From Actinomycetota bacterium (GTDB lineage Bacteria; Actinomycetota; Acidimicrobiia; Acidimicrobiales; JAHWLA01), in assembly GCA_019347595.1 (NCBI GenBank), contig JAHWLA010000003.1:1-34167 (forward strand): a stretch of DNA of 34,167 bases, in the 5' to 3' direction. The translations under genes and the position numbers were made by a program. The notes under the pieces were generated by a model. That model ran no database searches, was not told the DNA's origin, and was given only the letters and a program-made list of their open reading frames with translations. Below, in pieces: positions 33,325 to 34,167 of this stretch. Positions within the stretch are counted from its first letter, which is position 1. Every line of letters starts with the position of its first letter.

Positions 33325-33355
33325 CGACTGCCGCTGACGATGTCAGCGGCAGTCG
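33325..33355 (+). terminator. strong perfect hairpin after the LPXTG gene
   Basis: cGACTGCCGCTGAC-gat-GTCAGCGGCAGTCg has a 14-bp stem. It lies 29 nt after the stop and 9 nt before the next ATG. No T tract. Confidence 0.45.
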
Positions 33356-33363
33356 TCGCGTAG

Positions 33364-34167
33364 ATGCACGGGTTCCTGGCGGCGGCGGCGGCCTTCGCGG
33401 CGGTGTCCGTGGTGGCGCTCGTGGCCGGGCGGCGGCTCTCGTCGTTGCCGGGGACGGTCGGCGTGGTGGTCGTGGCCGGCGCCGCCGTGGCCGGGGCGTT
33501 CCTGCCCGGTGCGGCGACGGGCATCGATTGGTTCGACGCCGTGCTGCGCATGGCCGCAGCGGCCGTGGTGACGGCCGTCGGCTCGCGTGCACCGGTCGTC
33601 CTGTTGGCAATCGCCGGCGTGCCGCTCACCGCCGCCGCGGGTGCCGGTCCGGGGGCGTGGCTTGCGGGCGGGGCCACCGGCGTGGCGGTGGCCATGGTGG
33701 CGGGCGACGCCGACGCCTGGGCGTTGCGGGCGGTCGTGGCCGCCGGGCTGGCGGTGGCGGCGTTCGACCTCGAACGACCGGCGGGAGCGACGGCGGTAGT
33801 GGCGTTCAGTGTGTTGGCCGTCGTCGTGGTCGTCGGCTTGGCCCGGCTGCCGCGGCGTGAACGGCGATGGGCGTGGGCGGGGTCGGCAGTGGTGGTGCTC
33901 GTCGTGGTGGTGGCTACGGCGGGCGGCGTCCTCGCCGCGCTGGCAGCACGAGACGACGTGGAGGCAGGCGTCGACGCCGCTCGGTTGGGCCTGATCGCGG
34001 CACGGCGGGGCGACACCGCAGTGGCGGCCGACGCGCTGGACCGCGCCGGTGCGTCGTTCGCCGACGGGCGGCGGCGCATGGAGGCGTGGTGGTCCCGCCC
34101 GGCGGCCGTGGTGCCCGTAGTGGCCCAGCACCGGCGGGCGCTGTCCACGCTGACGGAGACGGGCGCC
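33364..34167 (+). CDS. DUF4012-like membrane protein, N-terminal 268 aa (runs off window)
   Basis: Own translation from ATG 33364; it is not in the track because there is no stop. MHGFLAAAAAFAAVSVVALVAG.. has several TM helices. It continues ..AARDDVEAGVDAARLGLIAARRGDTAVAADALDRAGASFADGRRRMEAWWSRPAAVVPVVAQHRRAL. That helical L..a..al..gd...A motif followed by P.v.q is as I recall for DUF4012. The minus-strand track ORFs here are shadows. Confidence 0.55.
   Translation, partial: MHGFLAAAAAFAAVSVVALVAGRRLSSLPGTVGVVVVAGAAVAGAFLPGAATGIDWFDAVLRMAAAAVVTAVGSRAPVVLLAIAGVPLTAAAGAGPGAWLAGGATGVAVAMVAGDADAWALRAVVAAGLAVAAFDLERPAGATAVVAFSVLAVVVVVGLARLPRRERRWAWAGSAVVVLVVVVATAGGVLAALAARDDVEAGVDAARLGLIAARRGDTAVAADALDRAGASFADGRRRMEAWWSRPAAVVPVVAQHRRALSTLTETGA

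Noticed and set aside
33318-34148. Two long minus-strand ORFs (276 and 262 aa) at the right edge
   Set aside because: They are Ala/Thr/Arg-rich junk. The plus-strand open frame from ATG 33364 gives a coherent multi-TM protein followed by a DUF4012-like helical region.

Overview
This is a very GC-rich window (about 70% by eye, not computed) that looks like chromosomal Actinomycetota DNA. All calls come from reading the supplied translations and the DNA by eye; no searches were run.

Positions 1-26.5 kb are mostly conserved core genes:
- ccr and a thiolase.
- An HD hydrolase, a CheY-like receiver next to a DUF4388 protein, and a GT-C mannosyltransferase-like membrane protein.
- Two paralogous GAF-ANTAR genes plus a STAS gene.
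- dnaB and the rpsF-ssb-rpsR-rplI operon.
- DUF192, panB, a class A PBP and a DUF5318 protein.
- The padR-ino1 operon, a methyltransferase, an ACC-deaminase/D-Cys desulfhydrase-family gene, a HAD hydrolase and an MTHFS-like gene.
- A cupin, vapBC and cca.

The order ino1-padR-DUF5318-ponA...rpsF-ssb-rpsR-rplI...dnaB matches the mycobacterial Rv0046c-Rv0058 neighbourhood as I remember it.

Positions 26.7-34.2 kb look accessory and are the most interesting part. They hold a SipW-type signal peptidase with two proteins carrying SipW-class signal peptides (one TasA/camelysin-like, one FN3). Directly downstream is a WxL-like/DUF916-like surface pair. These are followed by an orphan pilT, a nucleotide-sugar dehydrogenase, a small LPXTG protein and a DUF4012 protein.

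Non-coding features:
- At least three families of long, near-perfect palindromes at gene 3' ends, with compensatory substitutions between copies.
- A 194-bp MITE-like inverted-repeat element between two Ala-rich membrane-protein ORFs.
- A 27-bp AT-rich palindrome in front of padR.
- DnaA-box-like sites upstream of dnaB.
- Two decayed genes: a frameshifted lipoprotein and an endonuclease/exonuclease/phosphatase (EEP) relic.

I saw no rRNA, tRNA, CRISPR array, transposase, integrase or phage genes. Many long ORFs in the track are GC-driven shadow frames and were discarded.
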